In this document: piece after piece, positions 18,035-28,659 of the stretch
Numbering within the stretch: the stretch's first letter is position 1
Layout: the number at the start of each line of letters is the position of its first letter
Assembly: GCA_004193545.1 (NCBI GenBank)
Contig: RPGO01000009.1
Span: 15,166-79,165, forward strand
Direction: 5' to 3'
DNA from: Candidatus Argoarchaeum ethanivorans
GTDB lineage: Archaea; Halobacteriota; Methanosarcinia; Methanosarcinales; EX4572-44
DNA length: 64,000 nucleotides
Notes under the pieces: model-generated
The model's input: the letters and a program-made list of their open reading frames with translations, nothing else
Database searches by the model: none
Told to the model about the DNA's origin: nothing
Translations under genes and position numbers: made by a program

Positions 18035-19846
18035 ATGAGTGATGTTTCTGACCTGGTGATTGTGCCTGATACGAGTGTAATTGCAGACGGCAGGATTACT
18101 GCCATGATCGGGATGGGCTGCTACCATGGTGCAATTCTTTTGGTTCATGAGGCTGTAGTGGCAGAGCTTGAGTCGCAGGCAAACAAAGGTAAAGAGACTG
18201 GTTTTAGTGGCCTTAAGGAGCTTCAACAGCTTTTTATGCTGTCAGAGTCAGGTACGATTACGCTTGAGTATGTAGGCAAGCGCCCGAGTTTTGAAGATGT
18301 CAAGCTTGCATCCGGTGGCGAGATTGATGCAATGATTCGAAAAACAGCAGTTGAACGTGGAGCCTTGTTTGTTACTAGTGACATAATCCAGGCAGAGGTT
18401 GCTAAAGCAAGGGGGCTTTCGGTTGAGTATCTGAAGCCAGAGTCAACTCTGTTTGCACCGCTTACAATAGAGCAGTATTTTACAGAAGACACCATGTCAG
18501 TGCATTTAAAAGAGAACACGCCCCCTCTTGCCAAGCGTGGGACAGTTGGAATCCAGAAACTTATTCAGATCGATGATGCACCGCTTAATGCTGCTTTTTT
18601 AAGAGATTTGTCGCATGAGATACTTGAGCGGGCAAAAAAAGATCAGAAAGGATTTGTTGAACTTAATCACGGAGGTGCATCAGTAGTGCAGCTTGGAAAC
18701 CTTCGCATTGCCATTGCTCGTCCACCGTTTTCCGATGGAATGGAAATTACCGCGGTACGTCCCATCGCAAAGGTGCGCCTCGAGGATTATCGTCTTGGAG
18801 AGAATCTTATAGAGCGATTGACTAAAAAGCAGCGTGGCGTGTTGATTTCAGGTGCTCCCGGCTCTGGCAAGTCAACCTTTGCAGCAAGCATTGCAGAGCA
18901 TCTGATGAACAGCAGTTACATTGTTAAGACGATGGAATCTCCCCGCGACCTCCAGGTGTCTGATGCAATAACCCAGTATTCACCTCTGCGTGGCGATATG
19001 GAACAGACAGCCGATGTTCTCCTTCTGGTGAGACCAGACTATACCATCTATGATGAGGTGCGCCGTACTCGTGATTTTCAGGTATTTGCAGACATGCGTC
19101 TTGCAGGTGTCGGTATGATCGGTGTGGTGCATGCGTCATCTGCTGTTGATGCTGTGCAGCGATTGATAGGACGCGTGGATCTCGGTGTAATACCGCAGGT
19201 GGTTGACACGGTAATATATCTTGAAGCTGGAGAAGTTGAAAAGGTGTATACCCTTCGTTTCACTGTTAAAGTGCCGTGCGGTATGGTAGAAGAAGATCTT
19301 GCACGCCCGGTTATTGTTGTGGAAGAATTTGAGACACACACGATGGAATATGAGATTTACACGTATGGCGAGCAGGTCATTGTAATGCCTGCAACAGTGG
19401 AGGAGCCTTTTGACGAAAAAGGGTTAAAAGAGATGGTTACTTCAGAAATCGAAAAACATGCACGAAAACCTTTTGAAATAAACGTATTGTCTCAACGAAA
19501 AGCAGTGATACTTTGCACGGAGTCAGATATACCTGCACTGATTGGAAAGGGGGGAAGGAATATTGAAAAAATTGAAAAACGAGTCGGGATGCGTTTGGAT
19601 GTACGACCAGACAAAACGCTCGTTTCAGGCAAGCAGTCAGACGTTGAGATTGAAACAACAAAAAAGCACCTCACACTCCACTTACCTGAATTTGCCAGTG
19701 AAGTGGTTGAAATATTTATAGACGAAGAGCCTGCATTCAGTGGGCTGGTCAGTCGAAGGGGGGAGATACGTATGCCAAAAAATAGCCAGCAGGCAATCAC
19801 ACTCTATCAAGCCCTGAAAAAAAACAAGCAGATTACAGTGTGCTGA
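18035..19846 (+). CDS. PIN-domain / PilT-type ATPase with a C-terminal KH domain
   Basis: N-terminal PIN ([10 protein letters not shown]). Walker [12 protein letters not shown]-like [13 protein letters not shown]. Confidence 0.8.
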   Translation: MSDVSDLVIVPDTSVIADGRITAMIGMGCYHGAILLVHEAVVAELESQANKGKETGFSGLKELQQLFMLSESGTITLEYVGKRPSFEDVKLASGGEIDAMIRKTAVERGALFVTSDIIQAEVAKARGLSVEYLKPESTLFAPLTIEQYFTEDTMSVHLKENTPPLAKRGTVGIQKLIQIDDAPLNAAFLRDLSHEILERAKKDQKGFVELNHGGASVVQLGNLRIAIARPPFSDGMEITAVRPIAKVRLEDYRLGENLIERLTKKQRGVLISGAPGSGKSTFAASIAEHLMNSSYIVKTMESPRDLQVSDAITQYSPLRGDMEQTADVLLLVRPDYTIYDEVRRTRDFQVFADMRLAGVGMIGVVHASSAVDAVQRLIGRVDLGVIPQVVDTVIYLEAGEVEKVYTLRFTVKVPCGMVEEDLARPVIVVEEFETHTMEYEIYTYGEQVIVMPATVEEPFDEKGLKEMVTSEIEKHARKPFEINVLSQRKAVILCTESDIPALIGKGGRNIEKIEKRVGMRLDVRPDKTLVSGKQSDVEIETTKKHLTLHLPEFASEVVEIFIDEEPAFSGLVSRRGEIRMPKNSQQAITLYQALKKNKQITVC

Positions 19847-20200
19847 ATACTTGACCTGCAAAGCCGTCGGTGGGATTTAAACCTGCAAGCTCACGCTTGC
19901 AGAAATAAACATAAGTTTGCTGGCGTTCGGTTAAGAAGTTTTGGCGATTCATTGCTCACGTTTTTGACGACTTGAATGCTCTGACAAATCCTGATGCATA
20001 TTAAAGTCACAATCAGTCATGGATGGAACCAAATCTTAAATGGAAAAAAGCTGAGCACGTGATAATCTTGGTTGCAGTGTCTCGATTTCCGCGAATGACG
20101 AATCGAAGCTTTTTAGGGTGAGTAGACCGCAACAATTATTACACAGTGCTCGTTAATGTGGTACGCGAATTGATGGGGCATAGCGAGTATATATTCGGGC

Positions 20201-20584
20201 TCATGGATAGTTATCCATCCTTGGAACGTGATGTTCCATAAGCTGCCCATTCTTAAAGACGAGAAGTGCCGGGATAGACATTATTCCGTACTTTCTTGAA
20301 GACCGGGGATTTTCATCGACATTAAGTTTCCCAAAAACGATCTTACCTGCATAATCCTTTGCCATTGCATCAATAATTGGCCCAATCATCTGGCATGGCT
20401 TGCACCACGTAGCCCAGCAGTCTATTACCACAAGTGGGTACTTTCTGACCGTTTCATCGAAATTGGTATCTGTAATCCTGACTGGTGAAGCAGTAGCTTC
20501 TTCTGTCTTAGATGCTGTGCCAGGTGAGAAGCGTTTCTTCATCTCATCGAGCTTTTTCTTTCGTATCTGTTCAAGTTCATCCAT
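20201..20584 (-). CDS. trx: Thioredoxin
   Basis: WATWCKPCQ active site. 8-nt overlap with the upstream mobB-moaE gene. Confidence 0.88.
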   Translation of the reverse strand: MDELEQIRKKKLDEMKKRFSPGTASKTEEATASPVRITDTNFDETVRKYPLVVIDCWATWCKPCQMIGPIIDAMAKDYAGKIVFGKLNVDENPRSSRKYGIMSIPALLVFKNGQLMEHHVPRMDNYP

Positions 20585-21419
20585 TTAATTCAACTCTTTG
20601 CTCACGCATTTCAATGATTGGTGCCTGCACTTCTTCTCTGAGCCTGTCAATTGCTTCTTGCAGCACCGGGAAAAGCTGCTGCCTGTGTTCTGCTGCTACC
20701 ACAATGTAGACAATATCCCCCCCCGGTCGTATCAGTCCAGTTCGGTGGTGCATGACCACATCTGTTATTCCATCTCGTTTTTTCAGGTCATTGCAAATAG
20801 CCTCAATCATCTCATAAGCACTGTCCTGTTGTTTAAGCTCAAGTGCTTTTGTAACGTTATTATCTGTGATTTCTCGTACAATGCCTGTAAAGCTTCCAAT
20901 AGCTCCTGAATATTTTATTATCTCTGGTTTTGATCTTACAACATGAATGAGTGATTTGAGCGTATGATAGTCCTTTTGTTGTAACGTTAACTGAACAAGT
21001 TCTTCTATTAATTGCTCATCAAAGATCTGTTTCTTGTCAATGTATTTCACTGTATTCTCTGCTGTTATGTCTATACTAATTTTTGAAAGCTCACTGTCTT
21101 TAAAACCCTCGACAACAGCAAAGTTCATCCCACTGTCACATAATTCATCAATAGCAGCGTGCAGATCAACATCAGGAATGATCTTAACCATTTCATTCGA
21201 ACTTATGCCGATGGTCATATTTGAACCTGACGCTATGTGCCGGTAAGTGTCGGTTTGATCCGGGTTCAAAGTGCCTTCATGCATGTGTTTTATCGTGCCA
21301 ACTCTGCCGTATTGTTTTAGACCACGGATAAGCTTTTCTGCAAGCGCAGTCTTGCCTGACTTCTTATAGCCTACAATAGAAATGATTTTCACAAGGTACA
21401 CACTAATTCGGGCTGACAC
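20577..21419 (-). CDS. MobB (P-loop) fused to a MoaE-like molybdopterin synthase domain
   Basis: KIISIVGYKKSGKT (MobB Walker A). The C-terminal half has GAIGSFTGIVRE...HRTG.I.PG...V.V...HR (MoaE-like). The likely true start is GTG 21392 (MKIISIVG). Confidence 0.7.
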   Translation of the reverse strand: MSARISVYLVKIISIVGYKKSGKTALAEKLIRGLKQYGRVGTIKHMHEGTLNPDQTDTYRHIASGSNMTIGISSNEMVKIIPDVDLHAAIDELCDSGMNFAVVEGFKDSELSKISIDITAENTVKYIDKKQIFDEQLIEELVQLTLQQKDYHTLKSLIHVVRSKPEIIKYSGAIGSFTGIVREITDNNVTKALELKQQDSAYEMIEAICNDLKKRDGITDVVMHHRTGLIRPGGDIVYIVVAAEHRQQLFPVLQEAIDRLREEVQAPIIEMREQRVELNG

Positions 21420-21462
21420 TTAAATCTTTGTGTAATTGCCTTTTTAAGGTACAGAGACGAAA

Positions 21463-21472
21463 CTTTAATAAA
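21463..21472 (+). promoter_or_regulatory. Candidate TATA box for tRNA-Glu
   Basis: CTTTAATAAA is centred about 30 nt upstream of the tRNA 5' end. Confidence 0.35.
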
Positions 21473-21497
21473 CCGCAAAAGCCTAAAAGAGCAGAAA

Positions 21498-21572
21498 GCT
21501 CCGATAGTGTAGCACGGCCAATCATGCAGGACTCTCACTCCTGCGACTGGGGTTCAAATCCCCATCGGAGCA
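21498..21572 (+). tRNA. tRNA-Glu (anticodon CUC)
   Basis: Hand-folded cloverleaf. Acceptor GCTCCGA/TCGGAGC. Anticodon stem CAGGA/TCCTG with loop C-T-CTC-A-C. T arm TGGGG-TTCAAAT-CCCCA. Discriminator A. No encoded CCA. Confidence 0.9.
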
Positions 21573-21581
21573 CTTAAAATA

Positions 21582-21602
21582 TTTTTAACTTCTATTTTTT
21601 TT
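21582..21602 (+). terminator. Oligo-T tract downstream of the tRNA
   Basis: ATTTTT followed by a T8 run (21595-21602). Archaeal termination typically occurs at oligo-T. Confidence 0.4.
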
Positions 21603-21807
21603 GCCGCATTCTGGATTGCAGGATTTGAAGTTGCAATGAATCCTCCCTACTTGAAAACGAGAATCTCCAGAGATTCGTGTATTATAAGGATACGAGTGGA
21701 TGGCATTGTTGTTCTTTGTTCTTATTACAATAGGCTTTTATCCGGGCATAATTATGCCACCCGGGTTTATCCCATTAATGATATGGTGGAGACGTTTTCT
21801 GCCAATC

Positions 21808-22203
21808 TCAGGTTTCTGCATCAATGATTGATTCATACTTGCTTGGGCATTTGAGTGTTAGTTTGCTAGCGTGTACAACATTGTCCTGGTAGGTGCCTGT
21901 TACTACTATCGATATGCCCTCTTTGTAGTTATTAGGTAAGATGCCATGATAGACAACGTCAACCGTGCTTTCATTATCAGTTATTTTAAATTTCAGGGTC
22001 TGTGTTTCCTGTACCCTGATTGTCGAGTCTTCAACAATGATGCCATTGATGTTGACTGGTTTTTCAATGTCTCCTCCTGATACGACTTCACTTACTGTTT
22101 GGTAGTAGGCTAATTGTTCGCTACTGAAACTTGTAAACCCTGCATAAACAAGCAGCGCCACAACCACAACCACACTTAGTATAATACGTTGTTTTTTATT
22201 CAT
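21808..22203 (-). CDS. ccmE: Cytochrome c maturation heme chaperone CcmE, Cys-type (CxxxY) variant
   Basis: N-terminal TM anchor, OB-fold body, and a C-terminal LKCPSKY in place of the canonical HxxxY. Start ATG 22203 lies 5 nt after the AOR stop. Confidence 0.8.
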   Translation of the reverse strand: MNKKQRIILSVVVVVALLVYAGFTSFSSEQLAYYQTVSEVVSGGDIEKPVNINGIIVEDSTIRVQETQTLKFKITDNESTVDVVYHGILPNNYKEGISIVVTGTYQDNVVHASKLTLKCPSKYESIIDAET

Positions 22204-22208
22204 GATTT

Positions 22209-23829
22209 TTACTCCGGGCATCCATTTTTAGTCCATCCTCGAAGACGATAGTAACTCTTTAGTTCTTCTTCAAAACCAGATGGTTTCATTATCTCTGGAA
22301 GAACATCATCTTTCTTATCGAAGCCGCGTTTACAATTAAATCGCCGCTCCATCTCAACAATGCTTGCTCCAAGCATTTGCATATCCTTTTCTTCCATACT
22401 TCCTGTTATTTTCGATAGTATTTTCAGGTAATCGTCCATTGTATAAAATCGTACTGAAAACTTGCAAAGTGCCATCGAATCAAGCACTGCATTTCTATTT
22501 TCATTATAAACCACACGCTTCGCTTTGCCTGTTATTATGGTTCTTTCTGGATTGCCATATTCTTCCATGTATTCCATACTATAAAGGTGGTCTGCCCCAC
22601 GATTCGATACTGCGTAAGATAAACCCTGCCCTGCAAGACCTCGACAATCATGCCCTGGAAAGTCAAGACCTTTTACAGTGTAGCAGGGCACATCGTGTTT
22701 TTGTGCAAAAGCTGCAGCACCCTTTGCAAGTTCAGCACCAATCCCCTTGCGTTTTGCAATCATTTCAATCAGCTTATGCACACCATCATAATCTCCCCAT
22801 GTAATCTTATATTTTGTCCTGTTTTTTTCTGATGCTTCAATCAAACCTGCAACTGCTGCACCAGTGGAGATGGTGTCAAGCCCATATTTGTTGCATAGAT
22901 AATTAGATTTAATAATATCATCGAGGCTGTTGACACACAGGTTTGAACCGAGGGCCATGAGAGTTTCGTACTCTGGCCCCTCGGTTATGATATTATATTT
23001 TTTACTCTGCGTTACCCGTTTGCAGGCAACCAGGCAGCTGTGGCAGGTGTTAACATTGATCGTGTGCTTGCGAAGCGCTTCACCGTCGATTTTCCCTGCG
23101 TCTTCATAAGTGGTTGCTGAATAGTTTCTGGTTGGAAGTGCCTGATTACTATTTGCCACACCCAGGATGCTTGATGTTCCAAGGTATTTCAGACCTGTCA
23201 TACTGTCAACAACTTTTTTCCAAAGACCTGCATCGATATCAGTGTAACGACCTACTGGAATCATAGTTCCACCAGATGCAACGACTGCTTTCAAATTTTT
23301 ATTACCCATCACAGCACCAAGTCCACCGCGTCCAAAAGCTCGATGCATCTGGGTCATGATATTTGCAAAGTATACCTGATGCTCTCCAGCAATCCCTATA
23401 ACAGCCGTATTTCGAAAATGCACCCGGCATTCTTTTGTCAATCTCATTGGCTTCAAATACGTCAGCGCCCACAAGGTGAGAGCAGCGTCTCGAAGAGTTC
23501 TGCGGGTTCATGCACCACATTCCTCACCAATATATACGGGTACACAGGTGAGGATGCTCTTCCCTCAATGATCACTGCGGTATCCTGTGCGTGCAGAGTT
23601 CAACCAAAATTGCCGCCGGCATTAGAACTAAAATCGTATTATTGGTCAATGGTGAAATACTGAGCTAACATTATGACGTGCTGAAAATGGGATGGACAGA
23701 ACCAGTTAATGTGCCTGTTGCAAATATCAACTTATTATCGGAATGTAAAGGCTTTTTACATCTGGTTTTTACCTCATCTGAGAGTGCTGTCGCAAGTCCG
23801 CGCCCACCAATAAAACCAAGGAAACTCAT
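22209..23829 (-). pseudogene. Aldehyde:ferredoxin oxidoreductase (tungsten AOR family) with a decayed N-terminal domain
   Basis: The C-terminal 421 aa are intact (GIAGEHQVYFANI, GRGGLGAVMGNKNLKA, DSMALCKF). The N-terminal domain (MSFLGFIGGRGLA..., SPLT, NAGGNFG, AVIIEG, VYPYI) is spread over three frames with TAA and TGA stops between 23475 and 23829. Confidence 0.75.
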
Positions 23830-24131
23830 CATCTATCTCCTCGGTACGGATTGTCTGTTTGAGGTAGGTTGACGCGCAAGATTCATATCAAGCTCCATGA
23901 AGAGTGTTGTGCTTCAAAATGCATAACTTGCAGAAGTCCTCTATCATTTATCAGCACCTTTTAGAAATCTTCGCTAATAATCCTTTACCAAGCACTTTTA
24001 TTGTTTTGGGACTATTTAAAGGCTTTTTGCTTCTATTAGATTTGTGCCACATGCGAAATGCTTGAGCTTCCTTTTTGCCTCACTACTGCATAACCTAATT
24101 TCTCAAAACGATTTTAACTGTTTTCTCTCAA

Positions 24132-24268
24132 GTGGTTGTAAAGTTGTTGAGTGTTGTATTGTTTCGACCCGATTGTATATTCGAATTATATTATCTACGT
24201 CTTATGTTTGAACCGCATGAAGAGTTAGAGTTCACGGCGCAACTTGCCAACAACTTTACAATGACCAC
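24132..24268. repeat. About 137-bp unit bounded by roughly 20-bp inverted repeats (MITE-like or long hairpin)
   Basis: GTGGTTGTAAAGTTGTTG (24132-24149) against the reverse complement of CAACAACTTTACAATGACCAC (24248-24268). Confidence 0.4.
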
Positions 24269-24610
24269 GTGGTGGGGGCTGTCAACTTGTTGGGTGTTGG
24301 TATCTTCCATGTTTTGATGTCAATTATTCCATTTTTCGCGATTTAGAAAGACTGAGTATTCCTTGATATGTCTTGTATTTCTTTTTATTTGGTTGGGATC
24401 GGTCTGTCGGTAGTAATTTTTCAACTTGATTGTTCGTTTGGGGATTGACCCATCTCTCATGAAGATGATAAGTCGTTTCAAAGTCGAAGGGGATGATTTT
24501 TTTCCGTATCCACTTTTGTAAAACGCGTGGAATATCGTCATATTTATTTAATAATTTATTTAATCTTTCCTATTGCAATATCAAAAGAGTGGTATGTCCT
24601 GAATATTTCC

Positions 24611-25045
24611 TTAATTTTTGTGAAATAGATGCATAATTTGATTTATTCCGATATGAGACGGCTTTGGACTGGGCTTGATCATGCCCATCCTTTCCTATCA
24701 TTTTCCTTTCCTATCATTTTGAATGGAGTGGAATATGCATAATTGATGTAAAGCTCCACAGTTTCTCGATTATGCTATTGGCATCCTCTTGTGATCCGTT
24801 GTTATTGTAATAAAGCGGTTTTATCTGCAAGTACTGATTTTAAAGCTGTATGAAACTGTCATTAATCTATTTTTATTGGCTATCTCTTCAGCGATTGGGA
24901 TATTAAATAAAGCATCGAATAATGTCAGACGGTAGCTTTTTCTACCATCAATCTTGATATATTACTCATCATAGCAGTAATAATCGGAATAATCATGTAT
25001 TTTATTATTGATTCTCTTTTCATCCCAGAATTTCGCCAGTTCTTT
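24611..25045 (-). pseudogene. Decayed DDE transposase remnant, family unassigned
   Basis: The minus-strand translation reads KELAKFWDEK...YYCYDE*YIKIDGRKSYRLTLFD...ITITTDHKRMPIA*...HQLCIFH with several in-frame stops. Confidence 0.5.
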
Positions 25046-25651
25046 ATCGATTGAGGAGTTGTGAGAGGTTATCGGTGATTAATTTGAGGAGGGCGAGATT
25101 CGAAGAACGTATGGAGATCTCGCAGTTTTTCGCAAGGAACGGTAGCCTGTTTTGACTAAACCATCTATTTTTCTCCTTGAATATCGATGCATATCGATGA
25201 TTCGGCTATACAACCAAGTTTAACTGTGTTCAAACCATGAAATTCCTGCCGAATCACACAATAAGAAGAACCACAAAATGGGGACAAATTGGGTTAACAA
25301 GTTCAAAATGGTTATCTGCCAGGAGGGAATCAATCCCTTGTTCACATGATACAGTTTATTATCCATCGAAATCAGCTCTGCTACTTGGTCTTCTATATGG
25401 TTCCGGGGTACCAGATGGAAAAATCAGACAAGAGAAGCTGAATCTGCGAGATGTTTGTTTTCAAAGTAGATAACATTGTAACACTCATTGTACATACTCT
25501 GTTTTCCTTATGCATAGATTTTTCGATTTATTTTTGGATAAAAACTTAAATTATAAGACAAAATCAGATTTAAAAAGAAGATACAGGTGTTCCAGCATGG
25601 ACATGTTTATAATTAACGCCAACACCCGGAGAGTTTACAACCACGTTCTCT

Positions 25652-25912
25652 TTAACATTGTGTGGGTAAACCCGAAGACAACTCCAATTTGCCTGCCACC
25701 AGATAAATCATCGTATTTCTGTATTTAACCGTCTTAAATCCATAGGATCTTTTGACGACAGTTTTGATTTTGTTGTTCAATCCCTCAGCAACGCTATTGT
25801 CGAGTCCTGTTCCGATTGCTTCCAGAATCCCATAAGAAGGTTTATCCACGGTCTCAGCAAGTTTGACGATTTCTTCAATCCTATTAAGAAGGTCTGGATA
25901 CGTGGACTTTTT
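25652..25912 (-). pseudogene. ISL3-family transposase, C-terminal fragment
   Basis: NSVAEGLNNKIKTVVKRSYGFKTVKYRNTMIYL matches the conserved ISL3 C-terminus (EG.N.KIK...R..YGF). Confidence 0.65.
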
Positions 25913-26200
25913 TTGGGCACCCCACTATTTTAGTGTGGGTGCTATGAACCAAAAATTCAGAATCTCAATCAAGCTGATTTGATGGTCGCAAATCCCGGCT
26001 TTCATGCAGGGGGTGACCGGAACAGTAATCCAATTCTTACTGCTCTTTCCACTGAGTGTTAAATGCGCTTATTATGTCATGTCTAAAAATTGGATTACCA
26101 TGACGTTATCTTGTTTTTGTTGATGAATTCTTCTATTTCAACGTCAACGATTCATCATTAAACTTTGAATATTTAAATTATTTATATTCTCTAAAAACTT

Positions 26201-26869
26201 TTATTTAAATACATCCCCTGTTTCTTTATACCACAGTACAAAATCAAGATGACTCATAGGAATACAAATCTTCTCTGCAAAATCCTTCATCCCTTTCTCG
26301 ATTTCAAGATATTTTTTCCTTGACAAAGACTTTGGTATCTCTTCTATTATGCCAAGTAATTTTAAGTTCTTCAGTATATGCCGATCTAAAATCGCCATAT
26401 TCTCTGCCAGTGCGACATTTCGTAGAAAATGACTCGCCTCCTTGTAACCGATCCCCCTTATGTCATTAACCAGGTAATCTCTTGCTTCTTCAACCTTTAA
26501 CCCGGTTATTTTCTTTCCAACGTTTAATTTTCCATTATTTATGAATTCTTCTCTTGCATCAATGATATATTCTGCTTTTTTGTACTTAAATCGGACACCA
26601 TTCAATTCCCGTGCTATCTGTTCCTTATTGCCCCTTAACAGTAGATTTTTACTGGTAAGATTTTCTATAGCAGCCCAGCAAAGTTTTGCTCTGGACTGCG
26701 GAGTTAATATGCAAAAAGCAAGTTCAGCAAAAATTCTATTCTCACTTCCTTCATCCAGAACCTCTCTAAATTCACTCAATCTTGATGTTATCTGCCCTTT
26801 AATAGATATATAAATTTGACATATCTCTTCAATAACGTTCTCATTTTCAGGCATGAAGCATATCTCCAA
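26201..26869 (-). CDS. ogg: N-glycosylase/DNA lyase (archaeal Ogg2-type 8-oxoguanine glycosylase)
   Basis: HhH-GPD features: FCILTPQSRA, IRGIGYKEASHFLRNV, ILDRHI. Alternative start at 26854. Confidence 0.75.
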   Translation of the reverse strand: MEICFMPENENVIEEICQIYISIKGQITSRLSEFREVLDEGSENRIFAELAFCILTPQSRAKLCWAAIENLTSKNLLLRGNKEQIARELNGVRFKYKKAEYIIDAREEFINNGKLNVGKKITGLKVEEARDYLVNDIRGIGYKEASHFLRNVALAENMAILDRHILKNLKLLGIIEEIPKSLSRKKYLEIEKGMKDFAEKICIPMSHLDFVLWYKETGDVFK

Positions 26870-27088
26870 TCACCATATTCAGGGCTTTCTATCTCTTGTG
26901 CTTGTTTATAATCGGTCTCATGTTGTGGTCTCCTCACCCACGCATCGCATTTGAGGTATTTTATCCACACTTTTCCTCAAATGTTCACTGAGTAATATTA
27001 TTAGATAGAGGGTGTATAAAACTTTCGTTGTTTGCAGGACGAATGATTAGCCAACATTTATGACAAATAAGGTAGTAATTAGTATATA

Positions 27089-28504
27089 ATGACAGCAGTA
27101 AAGCTTCCTGGTGAATTGGTTCTTGTCACCAACAGAGAACCTTACAGCCATGAGCGTACATCAAAGGGGATTATATGCAGAAAACGGGTAGGTGGGGTAG
27201 TCAGCGCACTCGATTCAACGATGCGAAAAACAGGAGGGACATGGGTTGCATGGGGAAGTAGTAAGGCTGATTTTGAGAATGGCGATGTTGTGAAGGTGCC
27301 TTGCAGCTCACCGTGCTATACTCTCAAGCGAGTAAAGCTTTCTGAAAAGGAGAGAGAGTTTTATTATCGGGGTTTTTCTAATAGAACACTATGGCCTGTT
27401 TTTCATTTGTTTACTGAAAAAGCGATATTTAACACCCAATTTTGGAAGATGTATGTTAAAGCTAATACGAAGTTTGCTAAAGCTGTGATGGATGTTGCGA
27501 CAGATGATTCTTTTGTGTGGGTGCATGATTATCATTTAAGCCTTGTCCCCTCGATGATACAAAATACCGCGCATAAGATTGCTTTTTTCTGGCATATCCC
27601 CTGGGTATCATGGAACACGTTTAGCAAGATTCCCTGGCGAGATGAGATATTCAATGGTTTGCTTGGCAGCGATTTGATAGGATTTCATACCAAGTATTAT
27701 GCACAAAACTTTCTTGAATGTGCTGAACAACTTGGTTTCCAGGTGAATAAAAAGCAGAGCATCGTACATCATGGAGACCGGGATGTAAAAATTGGTGTGT
27801 TTCCAGTTGGTATAGATTATCAACAATTCACATCTGTAAAAAATAGGTCGCATACTCTTCGCAGTAAAATTAAAGGTGAGAAAATTATTTTTGGAATTGA
27901 CAGACTTGATTACACCAAAGGCATTCTTGAACGCATGCTTGCTTTTAAGCAGTTCATTGAGAAGAATCCACAGTGGAAAGGAAAAATAACCCTGGTGCAG
28001 GTTGCGACACCCTCACGCACCAAAGTTGAAGAATACCGAACGATGAAACATGAACTGGACGAAAGTGTCGGATGCATCAATGGTGAATATAGTACTGTCG
28101 ACTGGACCCCGATAAAATATTTTTACCAGCCAGTTTCTTTTGACAATCTTGTAAAGTATTATAAAATGGCAGACGTTATCCTGGTCACTCCAATCATGGA
28201 TGGCATGAATCTTGTAGTGAAGGAGTACATAGCTGCAAAGGATACTGGTGTGGTTATATTAAGCGAATTCGCAGGGGCGGCTGAGGAGCTTAAAGAGGCA
28301 ATCATTGTCAATCCATACGACATAAATGCAATCGCAGAAGGCATAAAAGAAGCAGTAGAGATGCCAGAGGATGAAAAAAAGAAGCGGTTTATGGCACTCA
28401 AAGGAAAGGTCAGGCAAAAAGATATTAACTGGTGGATGGAAAAGTTTTTTTCTGAATGGCAGAAACTTTACATACCGGCGCATCCTGAATCAGGTTCTGC
28501 TTGA
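27089..28504 (+). CDS. otsA: Alpha,alpha-trehalose-phosphate synthase (GT20)
   Basis: NREPY, WVHDYHL, GFHT, GIDRLDYTKGI, ...MDGMNLV.KEY, LSEFAGAA. Confidence 0.9.
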   Translation: MTAVKLPGELVLVTNREPYSHERTSKGIICRKRVGGVVSALDSTMRKTGGTWVAWGSSKADFENGDVVKVPCSSPCYTLKRVKLSEKEREFYYRGFSNRTLWPVFHLFTEKAIFNTQFWKMYVKANTKFAKAVMDVATDDSFVWVHDYHLSLVPSMIQNTAHKIAFFWHIPWVSWNTFSKIPWRDEIFNGLLGSDLIGFHTKYYAQNFLECAEQLGFQVNKKQSIVHHGDRDVKIGVFPVGIDYQQFTSVKNRSHTLRSKIKGEKIIFGIDRLDYTKGILERMLAFKQFIEKNPQWKGKITLVQVATPSRTKVEEYRTMKHELDESVGCINGEYSTVDWTPIKYFYQPVSFDNLVKYYKMADVILVTPIMDGMNLVVKEYIAAKDTGVVILSEFAGAAEELKEAIIVNPYDINAIAEGIKEAVEMPEDEKKKRFMALKGKVRQKDINWWMEKFFSEWQKLYIPAHPESGSA

Positions 28505-28659
28505 TATTCCAAAGGAGCATCCCGAGACCGTCGCGCCATACGGTGTTGGCTTAAAAGATTCAAATCAGCAGCATCTTCAAAACAACGTCAACACCACGTA
28601 ACGTGACAGTTTTCCAAGGCAAAGTTTATCTTGTATAATCATAAATCAGTGTACTTATT

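Noticed and set aside
23560-23620. In-frame TGA in the AOR N-terminal region as possible selenocysteine, or TAG as pyrrolysine.
   Set aside because: It is accompanied by several frameshifts and a TAA stop within 350 nt, and no SECIS-like structure is evident. Decay or assembly error is the simpler explanation.
24689-24720. 16-bp tandem duplication CCTTTCCTATCATTTT x2.
   Set aside because: It is only two copies inside a decayed transposase pseudogene, which is consistent with slippage in junk DNA.
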